Part shown: positions 1 through 11,721 of the stretch, one piece after another
Layout: every line of letters begins with the position of its first letter
How positions within the stretch are numbered: position 1 is the stretch's first letter
Assembly: GCA_000388065.2 (NCBI GenBank)
Contig: KB932206.1
Direction: 5' to 3' (one strand)
From: Fonticula alba ATCC 38817
Taxonomy: Eukaryota > Protista > Nucleariida
DNA length: 64,000 nt
Program-made: the position numbers and the translations under genes
Notes under the pieces: model-generated
Databases searched by the model: none
The model's input: only the letters and a program-made list of their open reading frames with translations
Told to the model about the DNA's origin: nothing

Positions 1-672
1 CCAGCCCCGGCTGCGCACTACCCCGGCGCCAGCCCTCCAGGAGCGGATCCGGCGGCGGCGGCCTCTTTCGGCCACTCGATGTTCAATTACCCATATGTCT
101 TCAACCCGGCGGATGTGCAACACGCACAGCAGGAGATGGCTTCGCTTCACATGCATCAACATGCTGCCCACATATCCCAAACTACGGCACATGTGTTCAA
201 TCACTTTTTCAATGACTTCACGCACATCTTCAATGACCTGGCCGGCTTCACGGGACAGCCAACCGCCTCTCCTCTCCAGGGGGCCTTCAGCCAGGTGTTC
301 ATGAACCTCTACCCGGGCATCGATGTGCCGAACTCCGTGCTTTCGATCGTCCAACACCAATACGCCGCGAACCAGGTCCGGGCTCCGGCCCCGCCCCCGG
401 CCCCGGCCCCCGCCCCCGCCGCGACAACACACTACACGCCATACTACAGCACTCTGGGCCAGCCTTCCCCGGCCCAGGCTCAGTCCTTCCCCTCGACGCG
501 GCCGCCCCCGCAGCCGCAGCCGCAGCCACAGTCGCAGCCGCAGCCGCACTTGTACTCGCACTCGCAGCCGGCTCGGCCACCGCCCGTGCATACCCCCTAC
601 TTTCTGGACATCCAGAACCAGTCGGGTCCCGCACCGGCTCCTGGCCGTGTGTACAGTCATCACACATCCTAG
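1..672 (+). CDS. 3' part of a Pro/Gln/His-rich hypothetical protein, probably truncated by the window start
   Basis: Frame 1 is open from base 1 (PAPAAHYPGASPPGADPAAAASFGHSMFNYPY...) to TAG at 670-672. Low-complexity composition; no recognisable domain. Confidence 0.6.
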   Translation, partial: PAPAAHYPGASPPGADPAAAASFGHSMFNYPYVFNPADVQHAQQEMASLHMHQHAAHISQTTAHVFNHFFNDFTHIFNDLAGFTGQPTASPLQGAFSQVFMNLYPGIDVPNSVLSIVQHQYAANQVRAPAPPPAPAPAPAATTHYTPYYSTLGQPSPAQAQSFPSTRPPPQPQPQPQSQPQPHLYSHSQPARPPPVHTPYFLDIQNQSGPAPAPGRVYSHHTS

Positions 673-1163
673 ATCTCTGTGTCATACCATGCCGCCTGGG
701 GGGGGGCGGGGGAGATGTGCCTCCTCCGCCCGGTTGTTGTCCGTGTTGGAAGGCACGACCGCAGCCAGGAGGGGGAGGGCATGTGCCCAGGTGTGCATGC
801 GCGCGCAGCATGCCCTATGCGCCAGATGCGCCTTCCCGCGAGGCAATATCACTCTGTCCTTGTTTTCATCCACCTATATTCCTTGCTCCCCCGGTCTCCC
901 TCTGCTCTTGGCCTGGCCCCGCGCATCGAGAAAAAAAAACACAGCCGCAGGAGGCTGGACAGGAAGCAGAAAGAAGCAGGGGGAACCCGTTGCACCACAG
1001 GGAGTCGGGCGCGGGGGTGGGGATCCCACATAAAGTGTATTTTGTCGAGCAGTGCCGCGCAGCCCTCCCTCCCTCCAGGAGCAAAGTTGCATGTGGGTCG
1101 AGGGAGAGAAGGGGACCCTCCTGGGGAGGAAGGAGTCCCCTCTCGTCCGGCAGCGGCACGCGC

Positions 1164-2881
1164 TCAAACGAACTCCACATAGGAAGTGGGGAAAAAGCCG
1201 CGCACACCGCGCGGGTCCTCGCCCTCGGTCCAGCCATCGCCGATGTCCTCACTGATGATGAGAATGGTGTCGCCCTCCTTGAGAGAGAGTTCCTCGGGGG
1301 CGGTGGCCTCGTAGGAGTAGAGCACACGGCAGGTCTTCTCGGAGCTGGACAGCCAGGAAGAGAGAGGGGGAGGGGGGGAGAGAGAGAGGGAGAGAGAGGA
1401 AGCGGTGAGAGGAGATGGCACACAAGAGGTCAGCAAAGGCCAGAGGGGCGGCAACGGCAGGAGCAGCAACCCAAGAACAAGCAAAGGGAGAACCGCCGGG
1501 AGCGAGAGCGGGGGGGGGGGGGGGGGGGGGCAAGCCCAGGACAGGCGTACCTCGGCGGAGGGGGCGGAGGGGCCGAGGAGTACATCGCCGCCGACGAGGC
1601 AAAGGCATCGTCGTCGATGATGTCGTCGGAGTTCCCCATCGAGGGAGGCATGCCGAAGGACATGTTTCCAAAGCCGGAGGAAGCCGGAGGCGGGGGCATG
1701 GGCGGCGCCGCGGTGAAGCTGGCGCTGTCGTCCCAGTTGTCCTGGTCGTCGTCGTCGTCGGCCGGCGGCGGCGGAGGCGGCGGCGGCGGCGCACCGAAAG
1801 CCGGAGGGGGAGCATCGGCCGGCGGCGGCGCACCAAAGCCCGAGGCATCCGAGACAGGCGGCGGCGGCGGCACGCCGAAGCCCGAGGCATCTGGCGGCGG
1901 CACCGGCAGGGTGGACGGCGCACCCGGGACGAGGAGGCTCTGCAAAGGTGGGGGAGAAAGGGACAACATGCCGATGGGGGAAGAGAAAGAGGGAGGGCAA
2001 TTTGGCGGGTGAGTCGGGATGTGCCGAGGAGTGTTGGATGGTGGACGAGGGGCGAAATAGAGGAGAAGACGCGCGCGGGGGGAGGACGCACAGGAGAAAC
2101 AGGAGAGTTGGTGGCGTATACCGAGGTGGTCGGTCGACGGCGGAAGCTCAGCAGGTTGGGGGTGAGGCCAGGGGCGGCACCGCCAGCAGCAGCCGGCTCG
2201 GAGGCGGTCTGAGCGTCGACCGTCGGCGAGGCGGTTGGCGTCGTCGAAGGGGCAGCTGCATGGATGGGGGCCAAAAAAAAAGAGAAAGGGGAGAGGGGCA
2301 CGGAGAGGAAGGAGGAGGAGAACGGGTCAGAAAGGCGCGCAGAAACCGCCGGGAAGAGGATGCTCCGAGCAGAAAGACAAGCACGAACCGAAGCTCACCG
2401 GGCGGCTACCATCCGTGAGGAAGGGCGTGCCGACGCTGTCGAAGCTGGAGAAGTCAATGCGCCAGTTGGAGTCCTCGTCGGCAGTCGGCTGCCCAGCCAG
2501 ACGAGAGGTGGTCAGGGCAATGCCAGCCGTGTTGACCGGGATGGCCGCCTCGAGGCTGGCCGGGGCGCTGGCGGCCTCCTCTAGGGCCAGGGCGCTGGAC
2601 ATTGGCACGGGGTGGCGGACAACACGATTGGCGAAGATGTTCTTTGGCGGATCGGCCGGGGTGTCGAAGTCCCCGAGGGTGGCCCGCGAGGCGTAGTCCT
2701 TTTCCGTCGAGAGGAAGGTGCGCACGGCGCGGACATTGGCCAGAGTGGCGTCAATCTCGTTGGTCTGGCTGCTGATATGGTCAGCCAGGTGCTGGGCCGT
2801 CACATTGACATGGTAAGCGAAGGCGCCAAGGCCAGAGAAGGCATACTGTGGGCGTATGGTGGGGAGTGAGAGAGGGGGCGG

Positions 2882-2913
<32 letters not shown>

Positions 2914-3305
2914 GAGAGAGAGAGAGGAGAGAGAGGTAGAGAGGGGGAAAGGGTTAGTGTATCGCGGCAAACGGGGCCCTCGGATGGGGGGGGGGGGAGA
3001 GAGAGAGAGAAGGACGGAGAAAGGAAGAAGAGTGGGCTGTAAAGAAAGGCAAAGGTGTGTAGAGGCGCACGTTGCGGGTCTCCTGAAGGACACGCTGGGG
3101 GTCGGCAGCGACCTGAGCATTGGTCGCGGTGATGTGACGAAGAATGCTGTCGATGTACTCGTCGTTCTTCTTCAGGGCCTGGGGGCGGGGGTCGAATGGG
3201 AGGGTCAGTATGAAGTGCGCCGGGGAAGGGCCATCACAGGGAGGCAATGGTGCAGAGCAGACCCACCTCGAGGGCAGCGGCGAAGGCGGAGCCAGGGGTC
3301 TCCAT
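1164..3305 (-). CDS. ABI: Abl-interactor (Abi), WAVE/SCAR regulatory complex subunit, with proline-rich region and C-terminal SH3
   Basis: Spliced product METPGSAFAAALE|ALKKNDEYIDSILRH...RVLQETRN|YAFSGLGAFAYHVNVTAQHLADHISSQTNEIDATLANVRAVRTFLSTEKDYASRATLG...IDFSSFDSVG aligns by eye with the Abi N-terminal/HHR region ([21 protein letters not shown]...HKEKVARREIG...IDYTVLDDVG). Poly-Pro exon ~1551-1940. SH3 exon RVLYSYEATAPEELSLKEGDTILII...DGWTEGE...GFFPTSYVEF, stop at 1164. Exon 1 is 3267-3305; the junction near 2250-2400 is uncertain. Confidence 0.85.
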
Positions 3306-4296
3306 GGCAGACGGGTGGAGTGCGCGGCGCGGGCGGGCGAGCGGGAGAGCGGCTGCGGGCGAGCGGGAGAGGGGGAAGGGGGGAGAAGGAGGGGGGGGGG
3401 GGGGTTGTCGGCTGCCGGGACCGAAGTGATGAGGCTCATTCCGGCGCGCTTTTCCCCCACCGGGCGGCCGGGCCGGAGGCGGGCTCCTGGCTCAGGGGCC
3501 AGGGGGAGGGGCGGGATGCCCCGAGCCGCGCCAGGAGAAAGCGGGGACTCATTCAACCAACAGCCCCTGGGGNNNNNNNNNNNNNNNNNNNNNNNNNCCA
3601 ACAAGGCGACCCGCCCCCCTCCCCCAAAGTTCCTCGGCCCGCCAGTTGCACCCCTGAGAGAAGAAGAACAACACACCAAGGAGCCCGGGGTGAGGAATGA
3701 GCCCGGTCCGGCGGGCGGCAAGCGGCGGTAAGTTGGAGGCCGGGGGGGGGGGCGGGGGGGGGCGGGGGCGAGAGAGCATCGAAAAGGAAAACATGCCATT
3801 CACGCCAGTGAGGCTGGGGCAGGGGCCGAACCCCTGGGTCGGTCAGCTGCCCCGCGCGTGATATGCCGTGGCAACGCTCTGGGAGTACAAATTCTTGCCG
3901 AAGTGCCCATCCTCGCTCGTCCCCTCCCTCCGAGGCACGGCGTGGGCACACGCGTTCCACCGCATGCGGGATCAGCAGGACGGGATGAATGGCGCACAAC
4001 AGGGGACATAGGGCCCCGCGTCCGCGGGCCGCGCGGCTGCCTCGTCCTGGCCTGCTCGCGCGTCTTCAGTCCCACGAAAGGGCCCGAGGGGGGGGGGGGG
4101 GGGAGGGGGAAAAGGGAAGCCCCAACCCTTCCCCCGGGGGCCCGACTGGCCCGCGCTCAGCTCCTCCCCTCGACCCGATCCCCCACCTACATGCCCTACG
4201 CCTGGCCCTTCTCCTCTCTCTCTCTCCTCCTCCTCCCCCGCCCTCCCCCCCTGTCCCCTCATCATCACTACCAACGAGACGCTCGCCATCGTCACC

Positions 4297-6967
4297 ATGG
4301 AGCTCGTACTGCCGCCCATCTCCCCGGCCGATCCGCTTGGGTCCATTTGGGCTCGGACGCTGCTTATCTCCGGGACCGGAGACTCGGACGACCCTAGCGG
4401 ATCCTTCGTGGCGCGCCTGCAGCAGGTGTGCCTTTCCCCTCTCCCTCTCTCTCTCTCTCTCTCTCCCGATGCCCCTCCCCTGCCCCTTCTCCCTCTCCTT
4501 CACTCTGCTGACTGCCCACGGCCATTGATCCCTGCCACAGCTCGGCCAGAAGTTGGGCGTGCCCCTGGAGGCCCCGATCCGCCTGGCCACCGAGGACCCG
4601 ATGCCCGATAATCTGGTCACTCTCGCTCGTTTCCTGTCACTCTGGGAGTTCGAGGTGCGAGGGGGCCCCCCATTGGCGCAGAGGCATCTGGCGCACACCC
4701 ACGCTGGTATACATCTATATGCAAGCATACTCACCATCTGTCCCCCCCCCCCCGAAAAAAAAAAGGAGTACTTCATCGAGGACTGGACCCCCGCCAGTGG
4801 GCCCATCTCCCCGCGAAACGAACTCTTCGCCCTCACCTCCCTGCAGGCGTACCTCCAGTGGTGCCGAGTCCAGCTGGGTGCCGATGGCGGCCTCACCCCG
4901 GCTGCTGACACTCTGCTCACCATGGCCATGGACCGGGTTATGGCGCTGCTGGCGATGCAGCGGCCGGATGCCGGGCCCGGCTTGGCTGCCGGCCAGCCGG
5001 CCACCCAGCCCACTCTGCGCCAGATTGCCCAGACGCTCGGGGTCACTGGCGGCACGGCCCCCGGGCAGGCCCCCCTGGCCGAGAATCTGGCCCACGCGGC
5101 GGTCGATGCCGAAGGCCACCTGATGGGTCTGCGTACGGATCCCACCGGGGCCGGGCTCGCGCCCGGCGTCGAGGCAATCCTGGTCCCGCGCTCGGCCATG
5201 ATGACCGTGGCCGCCGGGCGCGAAACCCCGGGCATCGGCCGGGTCCTGTGCGAGGTCGAGGGCCTCGACGAGGTGACTCAGCTGGTGCTGCTGGTCCTGC
5301 ATGAGACCTTCGTCCGCGGTGCCGACTCCCGCTGGCACGCCTATCTGGACGCCCTGCCACGGCACATCCCGTCGCTGATCGCGTGCGGCTTTGTGGCCGA
5401 CTGCCCGAATACACCGGCCGGCCAGGCGGCCAAGGCGACTGCCATGCAGTATCGCACCCGGCTGGATGCCGAGCTGGCCGAGACATCGGTCCTGCTGGAG
5501 GCCCAGCAAGTCCGCTCGGAGCTGGAGCGCGTCCATGGCCTCCTCTTCCCGGCCCTGTCGGACTATTACACCGAGGAGCTGCCGGCCGCGGCTTGCACCC
5601 TGGACCGGTTCATTTGGGCCCGGGCCGTCATCGATTCCCGGGCCATGACCATGCGTCTGGGATCGGAGGAGCAGGCGATCCCCCCGGGCGGCGCCGGCCA
5701 GTCGGCCCTCGATGTCGGCATCACCTTCGGCACTCTCGGCATGTGTGCCAGTATCCTCCACTCGCCGGAGGCGCTGGCCCAGCCGGAGGTCACCTGTCTG
5801 GTGCCTGGAGCGGACTTGGCCAATCATGCCCTCCGGTCGCACATCTCCCGGCGGTGGTTCGATCCAGTCCGCCAGGCCGTGGTCTTCTACAGCCACTTCC
5901 CGGTGGCCCCGGGCGACGAGCTGACGTACTACTACTCGCCGGTGTCCAATCGCACGGGGCTCCTGCAATTTGGCTTTGTGCTGGATGGTCCGGCCTCTTC
6001 CTCGGCCCCGGCCCCCCTGTCCCGGGCCAACCCCTACGACGTGGTGGGTGTGGTGCTTGGTGCTCCGGACCATGATGGCCTGGCCGATTTGCGCATTCGC
6101 CAGCTCCTCCGGCGCCCCTATTGCGGGGGCATTGACCATTGCGTGCGGCTTGGCCTTGGTCCCTGGATTCAGGATGCCTTCTGCCAGGATGCCCACCTGG
6201 GCGTCGAGGGCCCGGGAGCTGCGGCCCGGCTGTTCGGCTCGCTGACCGGCATCGAGCATCTGGCGGACTTGGTCAATGCCGAGGCGAATCTCCCACGGCC
6301 GAGTGCCGCCGAGTGCCCGATTGTCGATGTCCTCCGGGCCCCGGTGAGTCCGCGCCTGCTCAATGCCATGCGCGTGCTGCTGGCCGATCGCCCGCAGCTG
6401 AATCAGCTCATGCGTCTGGGCAGCACCTTCGGCTCGGTCGATCCGACGGCCGCCCCCACACGGGCCACCTGTGCGGAGGACGATTCGCGTGCTCTCGGTG
6501 CCGAGCACGAGCTTTTCATCCTCTGCTCGCTGGAGGACATCCTGCTGGATCTGCTTCAGGCCTATCCGACCACGCTGGCGGCCGACCTGGACATGCTGGC
6601 CGGGCTGACCGGCGGAGCCATGTCCCTGGCTGGCCCGGAGGCTGGTGCACTGCACCTGGCCTTGCGGTATCGCATTGGCGAAAAGCGCGCCCTGGCCAGT
6701 GCCCTGGCCTGGACCCGGCACAATGTGGCCCTTCTCCGGGCCACCCTGGCGGCCATCCTCGGCGACTCGCCGGCCGTCGCCATGGCCGGCACCCGTCGCG
6801 AGAAGCACCTGCTCAATCGCCATGCTCGTGGCACCGCGGCCCTGGCACGCCCTGGCCGTCAGATCAACCGACGCCTCGCCGAGGAGCGCGAGCAGCAGGA
6901 CGACCACCAGTCCGCCAATCGGCCAGCTGGCCGGGAGGATCCGCGTGCCGATCGCGCTCGCCAGTAA
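4297..6967 (+). CDS. SET-domain lysine/histidine methyltransferase of the Rubisco-LSMT/SETD3-like family
   Basis: Exons 4297-4425, 4541-4654, 4766-6967. Motifs WHAYLDALP, FIWARAVIDSRAM, LVPGADLANH, YSPVSNRTGLLQFGFVL and NPYDVV, then a substrate-binding-type C-terminal helical region (LLNAMRVLL...ALHLALRYRIGEKRAL). Confidence 0.85.
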
Positions 6968-7237
6968 GCCCCCCCCCCCCCCACTCCCATTAGACAGGCA
7001 CCAACGGTCCTCAGGATGACATCCTGCCGTGCTTCCCTCCTTTTCCGGCCTCTTTTCTCCCTTCCATCATCTCTTCGTATCTCTCCCTCCCTCCCTCTCT
7101 CCCTCTCCCTCGTCAAATACAAACGCATGCGCTCAGATGCGTCCATACAAAAGACAGGCTCCAGCTACCACCACAGAGGTCTGGGGAAGAGGGGGCCCCC
7201 ATGTCCAGACATTCACACATGTGCCGAAGCTTTCCAT

Positions 7238-9139
7238 TTAGGGTGGATATGGATGCTGCGGAGCCGACTGCCTCGCCGACTCGACGGCCTGCTTGTACAG
7301 CTCATCCAAAAGAAACTGTCGGTCAAGGTACGCGTGCTCTAGGAGAAGCTGACGCTGGGAGTTGCATCTTTTGATCTTGGGTCCGGGAGCAGCGATGTAC
7401 GAAAAGAGTCGGGCTTGCTCAAGCGGAATCCCAAGCGCATCGGAGACAGATTGAAGGCCCAACGGTGGGCGGACCTGAAGAAGGCGCATGGCCAGGTTGA
7501 AGACGGCGGAATTAGCGCTGCTGTCAGCGTCCCAGGAGACATCCGACGGCCCGGCGCCCGTCATGCGCAGAAGAGCATCCTGTGGCAGGGACGATGATTG
7601 GATGCGACGGGTCGGGTCCAACAAACACCCGAGCCAGATGGCTAGGTCCCGGTTGAGGCCGAGGATCAGGCCCAGGTCCTCGCGCAGTAGGATAACCGGC
7701 TCTCGAGCCCGACAGATGATTTGCGCGGCGAAGAGAAAGCAATTTGGCGGGGTACTCGGGGCATCCTGCACACTCGGGGGCAGAAGTGCCCGTGCACAGA
7801 GCCGGCCCTGACACAGGATACATGATTTGGTGTCGGGTTTGTCGGATTTTGCGACTTCCTTCACGGCCAAGGCTCGAGTCTTCCGCTCGAGAAGATGCGC
7901 GCAATACTTCCCACGAAGGCCAGTATGGAATTCCAAAGCGCAAAAGGCCAGCTCCAGGGCATTGGAATCTTTGGCTGCCATATATCGTCGGATCAGACGA
8001 AAAAGGTCTTCGGCATCGAAGTCCACGAGCAGCTCCTCCGACGGGAGTGGCAGGGGAGTGGGCCGAGCAGCTGCCACCGGGAGACGACCATCCAGCACGG
8101 CGTCTTGCCAGTCGCCGATGGTCACCACCCGGGTGCCAATTGGGGAGGGGCCCGGCGGGCGAAATGTGGCCAATGTGCGGGTGGTGGCAGATGGTTCGGG
8201 TGCTGGTGGAGGCTTGGGCACCGGCACCAGATCGGCCGAACCGCCGACCAGATTGCACACGATCGACAGGGGGATGGTCCGAGTGAAGGGGGCACGCATG
8301 AGGACATTCAACTTGATGGTACGCTCAATCCCAGGGTCAAAGAGCAAGGGACGAAGTTGCGGATGGTGCAACTCCAACAGGGCACCAAGCTGCGCCCTTT
8401 GCAGGCCCAGTTGCTCGAAGCGCCGGCGAAGGGATGCTGCTATCAAATGAGGCTTCTTGCTGAGGGCCTCCGCTAGAAAGTGTGTGTGGAGGTGCTGCAA
8501 TAGGGCCAATGCACGTATGGTAGCCAGGGAGGAGGGAGCAGCACTCGAGGCGGGCACGTAGTTGGCCAAAATGCCCCGACAGGTGTCTCGGGTCAGGTGC
8601 AGGAGGGAAGCCAGCGCAATAGCAGCTCTATCGGTGATTGTGCCCGTGCTGGCAGGGGAGTCCCTGGCATCGGAATCCCACCGGGCCTCTGTCAGTAGCC
8701 GCTCAAGGACAGGCCACAGCTCGCTGTTGGCCGCGAGAGTTACACTCGGGACCGGCAGAACCCGTGGCTTCAGCAGGATGTCCGGTGGAAGGATGGCCTC
8801 CTCCCGGGCCCTGGCCAACGCCATGGCCGCCAGCGGCGAGGTGTCCAGCCTGTAGATCGGATCCGGACATAGACGCATTCGAGCCTGCAAACGAGACTGT
8901 TCCTGCTCGTACAAGCTCGATCTACTTAGTCTTCTGGAGGCGCGACGCGATCGCGGCCCGGATCGACGTCTGGCTTTGGGCGCCGTTTGGGCGGGGGATT
9001 CATCGACATCGGATGGGGCCTCCTCGGCACTGGTGGCCCTCCCTCGAGAGACATTCATAAGACGCTCGGCGTGGAGAAAGCGCGGCAGGGAGGAGATCGT
9101 GCCGGGCAACAGGATGGGTGACCTCGAGAGACGGAACAT
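7238..9139 (-). CDS. Hypothetical 633-aa protein, intronless, with possible mitochondrial presequence
   Basis: Long stop-free ORF with ordinary globular composition. The N-terminus MFRLSRSPILLPGTISSLPRFLHAERL is Arg/Ser/Leu-rich. No domain recognised. Confidence 0.65.
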   Translation of the reverse strand: MFRLSRSPILLPGTISSLPRFLHAERLMNVSRGRATSAEEAPSDVDESPAQTAPKARRRSGPRSRRASRRLSRSSLYEQEQSRLQARMRLCPDPIYRLDTSPLAAMALARAREEAILPPDILLKPRVLPVPSVTLAANSELWPVLERLLTEARWDSDARDSPASTGTITDRAAIALASLLHLTRDTCRGILANYVPASSAAPSSLATIRALALLQHLHTHFLAEALSKKPHLIAASLRRRFEQLGLQRAQLGALLELHHPQLRPLLFDPGIERTIKLNVLMRAPFTRTIPLSIVCNLVGGSADLVPVPKPPPAPEPSATTRTLATFRPPGPSPIGTRVVTIGDWQDAVLDGRLPVAAARPTPLPLPSEELLVDFDAEDLFRLIRRYMAAKDSNALELAFCALEFHTGLRGKYCAHLLERKTRALAVKEVAKSDKPDTKSCILCQGRLCARALLPPSVQDAPSTPPNCFLFAAQIICRAREPVILLREDLGLILGLNRDLAIWLGCLLDPTRRIQSSSLPQDALLRMTGAGPSDVSWDADSSANSAVFNLAMRLLQVRPPLGLQSVSDALGIPLEQARLFSYIAAPGPKIKRCNSQRQLLLEHAYLDRQFLLDELYKQAVESARQSAPQHPYPP

Positions 9140-9924
9140 GGAGGGTGGATGTCCATCTGACGAGGGGCAAGGAGGGGAGGAAGACGCAAGTCAAGGGCGA
9201 CGAATGGTGGAAGGAGGCGGAGGGGGGGCGGAGGGGGGCGGTGGGCGGGGGGGGGGGGGGGGGAGGGGGTGAGCACATGCGCGGCAAGATGGTCCAGAAG
9301 GAGAGAGATGCCTTTTCGGTCAGTGGGAACAAGCATGGTGTGTCTCCGGGAGGGCCACTTCCAGCGCACGGGGATGGGTTCGAGGGGACATGATTGAGTG
9401 CCAATGCTTGTTCGGGTAGGCATGTGATCATTTCTTGAGGAATGCAACTCCATTGCTGGGGGCCGGTGTCTGTGTCGCTTCCGAGGGAAAACAGGCTTCC
9501 AGGAAAGGGGGGGGGGATCTCCGCGAGGGAGGCAGAAGAGGGAGCTAGATGTGTCTGGTGAACGGTCGGTGCTAGCCCTTCCGGTGACTGGCCGGTGGCT
9601 GGCAGGGCGTCACTTCAGTGGCATCGAGCGGGACAGCGGCAATTGCATGTAAAGGAGGCCGGGAAAGGGAGAGAGAGGCAGAGAGGGAGGGGGAGCGAGA
9701 GAAAGACTGGGAAAGAGGGTGTGAGAGAAGAGGTTCAACCAAAATAGACCCTTGTGTACTCGACCATCCTCTCCGCGCCCCCTTCTCCAGGAGTCGACGG
9801 ATCGTGAGTTGCTGCTGGATCTTGCCCGTCCAGTGGCCCGCTCTGGCAAGATGCCGGAAGAACGAGGGGAGAGCAGGGGCAGGGAGGATGACTTGCCCAC
9901 CCGTCGATAGCCAAGGTGGTGGCG

Positions 9925-9955
<31 letters not shown>

Positions 9956-10290
9956 GCGCACGCGCACGCGTACGCGTACGCGTACGAGCCCTACCTTGCA
10001 ACAAAGAGGGGGAGGAGGGCCACCCTTGAAATGGAAGACTATAGAGGTATATTTCTCGTACTTTGGCCATAGGGCCTACGGCACGGGGAGATGGGAGAAT
10101 GAGGGGAACATCAACCGGCAGGATGCATGCGTGCCGAAAGGAGGGAGGAGGGAAGGAAGAACACAACGACGGGAGGGGTTTAAGTTTTGAGAAAGGGAGA
10201 AAGGTGGTGGGAGCACGAAAGGGACAACTTCCATACGGTGCGGATATGCACGCAACGAGCTCCCCCTCCCCCGCGCACGCATACACACAT

Positions 10291-10322
<32 letters not shown>

Positions 10323-10461
10323 GCGCACAAAGACAAACACACAAACAGCAGGGCGAGGGGCGGAGGATGGCCGCCTGTTGCGCATGTGCGAGCGTGCGCG
10401 GGGTCATGCAACCAAACGCGCTCTCTTCATACCAAAGGGGGAGTGCAAATACGCATGGCGC

Positions 10462-10988
10462 CTAGATGATGGTGCAGCGCTTCTTCTTTTGTCCGGTCGC
10501 GCGGGCGTTGTCGGACGCAGCGTTATCGCCACTTGGATTGCCGCCTGGCGAGCCGGAGCGCTTGCGAATCTGACGGACCACCGAGTAGAAAGCCTTCTCC
10601 ACGTTGTGCGTGGTCTTGGCGGAGGTCTCGTAGAAATCACACCCAAAGGTCTGGGCCAGGGAGACACCCTTCTGCATGGGGACCGTGCGCTTGTCCTCCA
10701 TGTCGCACTTGTTGCCCACCAGCACGAGCGGCACATAGTTGACATCCTTCACGCGGTAAATCTGGTCCTTAAACTGGATATGGACACACGGGGACATGTG
10801 GGTCTGAAAGTCAGAGAGGATGTGTCTGGAAGGGGGAAAGGGGAGGAAGAAAGATTTGGAAGGGGAAAGGTGGGGAGAGAGAGAGGAGAGAGGAGAGAGG
10901 AGAGAGGAGAGAGAGGAGGGAGAGAGAGGAGAGGAGAGAGACAGAGAGAGGAGAGGAGAGAGACAGAGAGAGAGACAGAGAGAGAGAC

Positions 10989-11020
<32 letters not shown>

Positions 11021-11024
11021 CAGA

Positions 11025-11058
<34 letters not shown>

Positions 11059-11558
11059 CAGAGAGAGAGACAGAGAGAGAGAGAGACAGAGAGAGAGACA
11101 GAGAGAGAGAGAGGAAAGGTGGAGAGAGGAGAAGGAAAAACGCACACGAGCCATCCGGTCAAAGGTACTTGAGCAAACAATCGAGTAGACAAGGACGAAG
11201 CCCTCGCCATCGCGAATCCACTGATCGCGCAGAGCGACGTACTCCTCCTGACCAGCGGTATCAAGAACCTACAGCGAGAGGGGCAGGAAGGCGTGAGCAA
11301 TGGGTGCCAGCGCGCACGAGAGGAGGAGGGAAGCAACGCGATTCCCAGACGGCTCGTCATCGGGCACATGAAACAAGGGAAGGCGAGAATACATACCTCG
11401 AGCACGCAGGACTCATCATCGATGACAACCTGCTTGCGGTAGGAATCCTCAATGGTCGGGTCGTAGGACTCGACGAACTGGTTGAGGCAGAGCTGGATGG
11501 TGAGGGCGGTCTTGCCGACACCACCGTCACCAAGGACGACGACGCGGTAGAGGGTCAT
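10462..11558 (-). CDS. ras2: Ras small GTPase, fungal Ras2/RasB type, 198 aa
   Basis: Exons 11397-11558, 11146-11268, 10462-10773. Product [43 protein letters not shown]...[24 protein letters not shown]...VGNKCD...ETSAK...KKKRCTII, ending in a polybasic stretch plus CAAX box. Confidence 0.95.
10866..11112. repeat. (GA)n/(GACAGA)n compound microsatellite in Ras intron 2
   Basis: Visible purine-only repeat array. Confidence 0.95.
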
Positions 11559-11721
11559 GTGTGCGGCTGAAGAGGGCGACACGGAGAGAAAGGCAAGTGC
11601 TGGATGATGCTGCGAGGCATGCACAGCAACAAAGGACGGGAAAAGAGCTGGGAGGGTCAGCAAATGGCGGCTGGCCATCCCCGGCAGGGATGAGACAAGT
11701 CAACGAGACAGGCCAGCAAGA

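Noticed and set aside
1164-3305. Initial reading as an F-BAR/SNX9-type SH3 protein
   Set aside because: The N-terminal helical region is too short for a BAR domain and matches the Abi pattern.
9055-9453. Short ORFs upstream of the orphan gene as extra coding exons
   Set aside because: The obvious splice sites do not join in frame with the 7238-9139 ORF.
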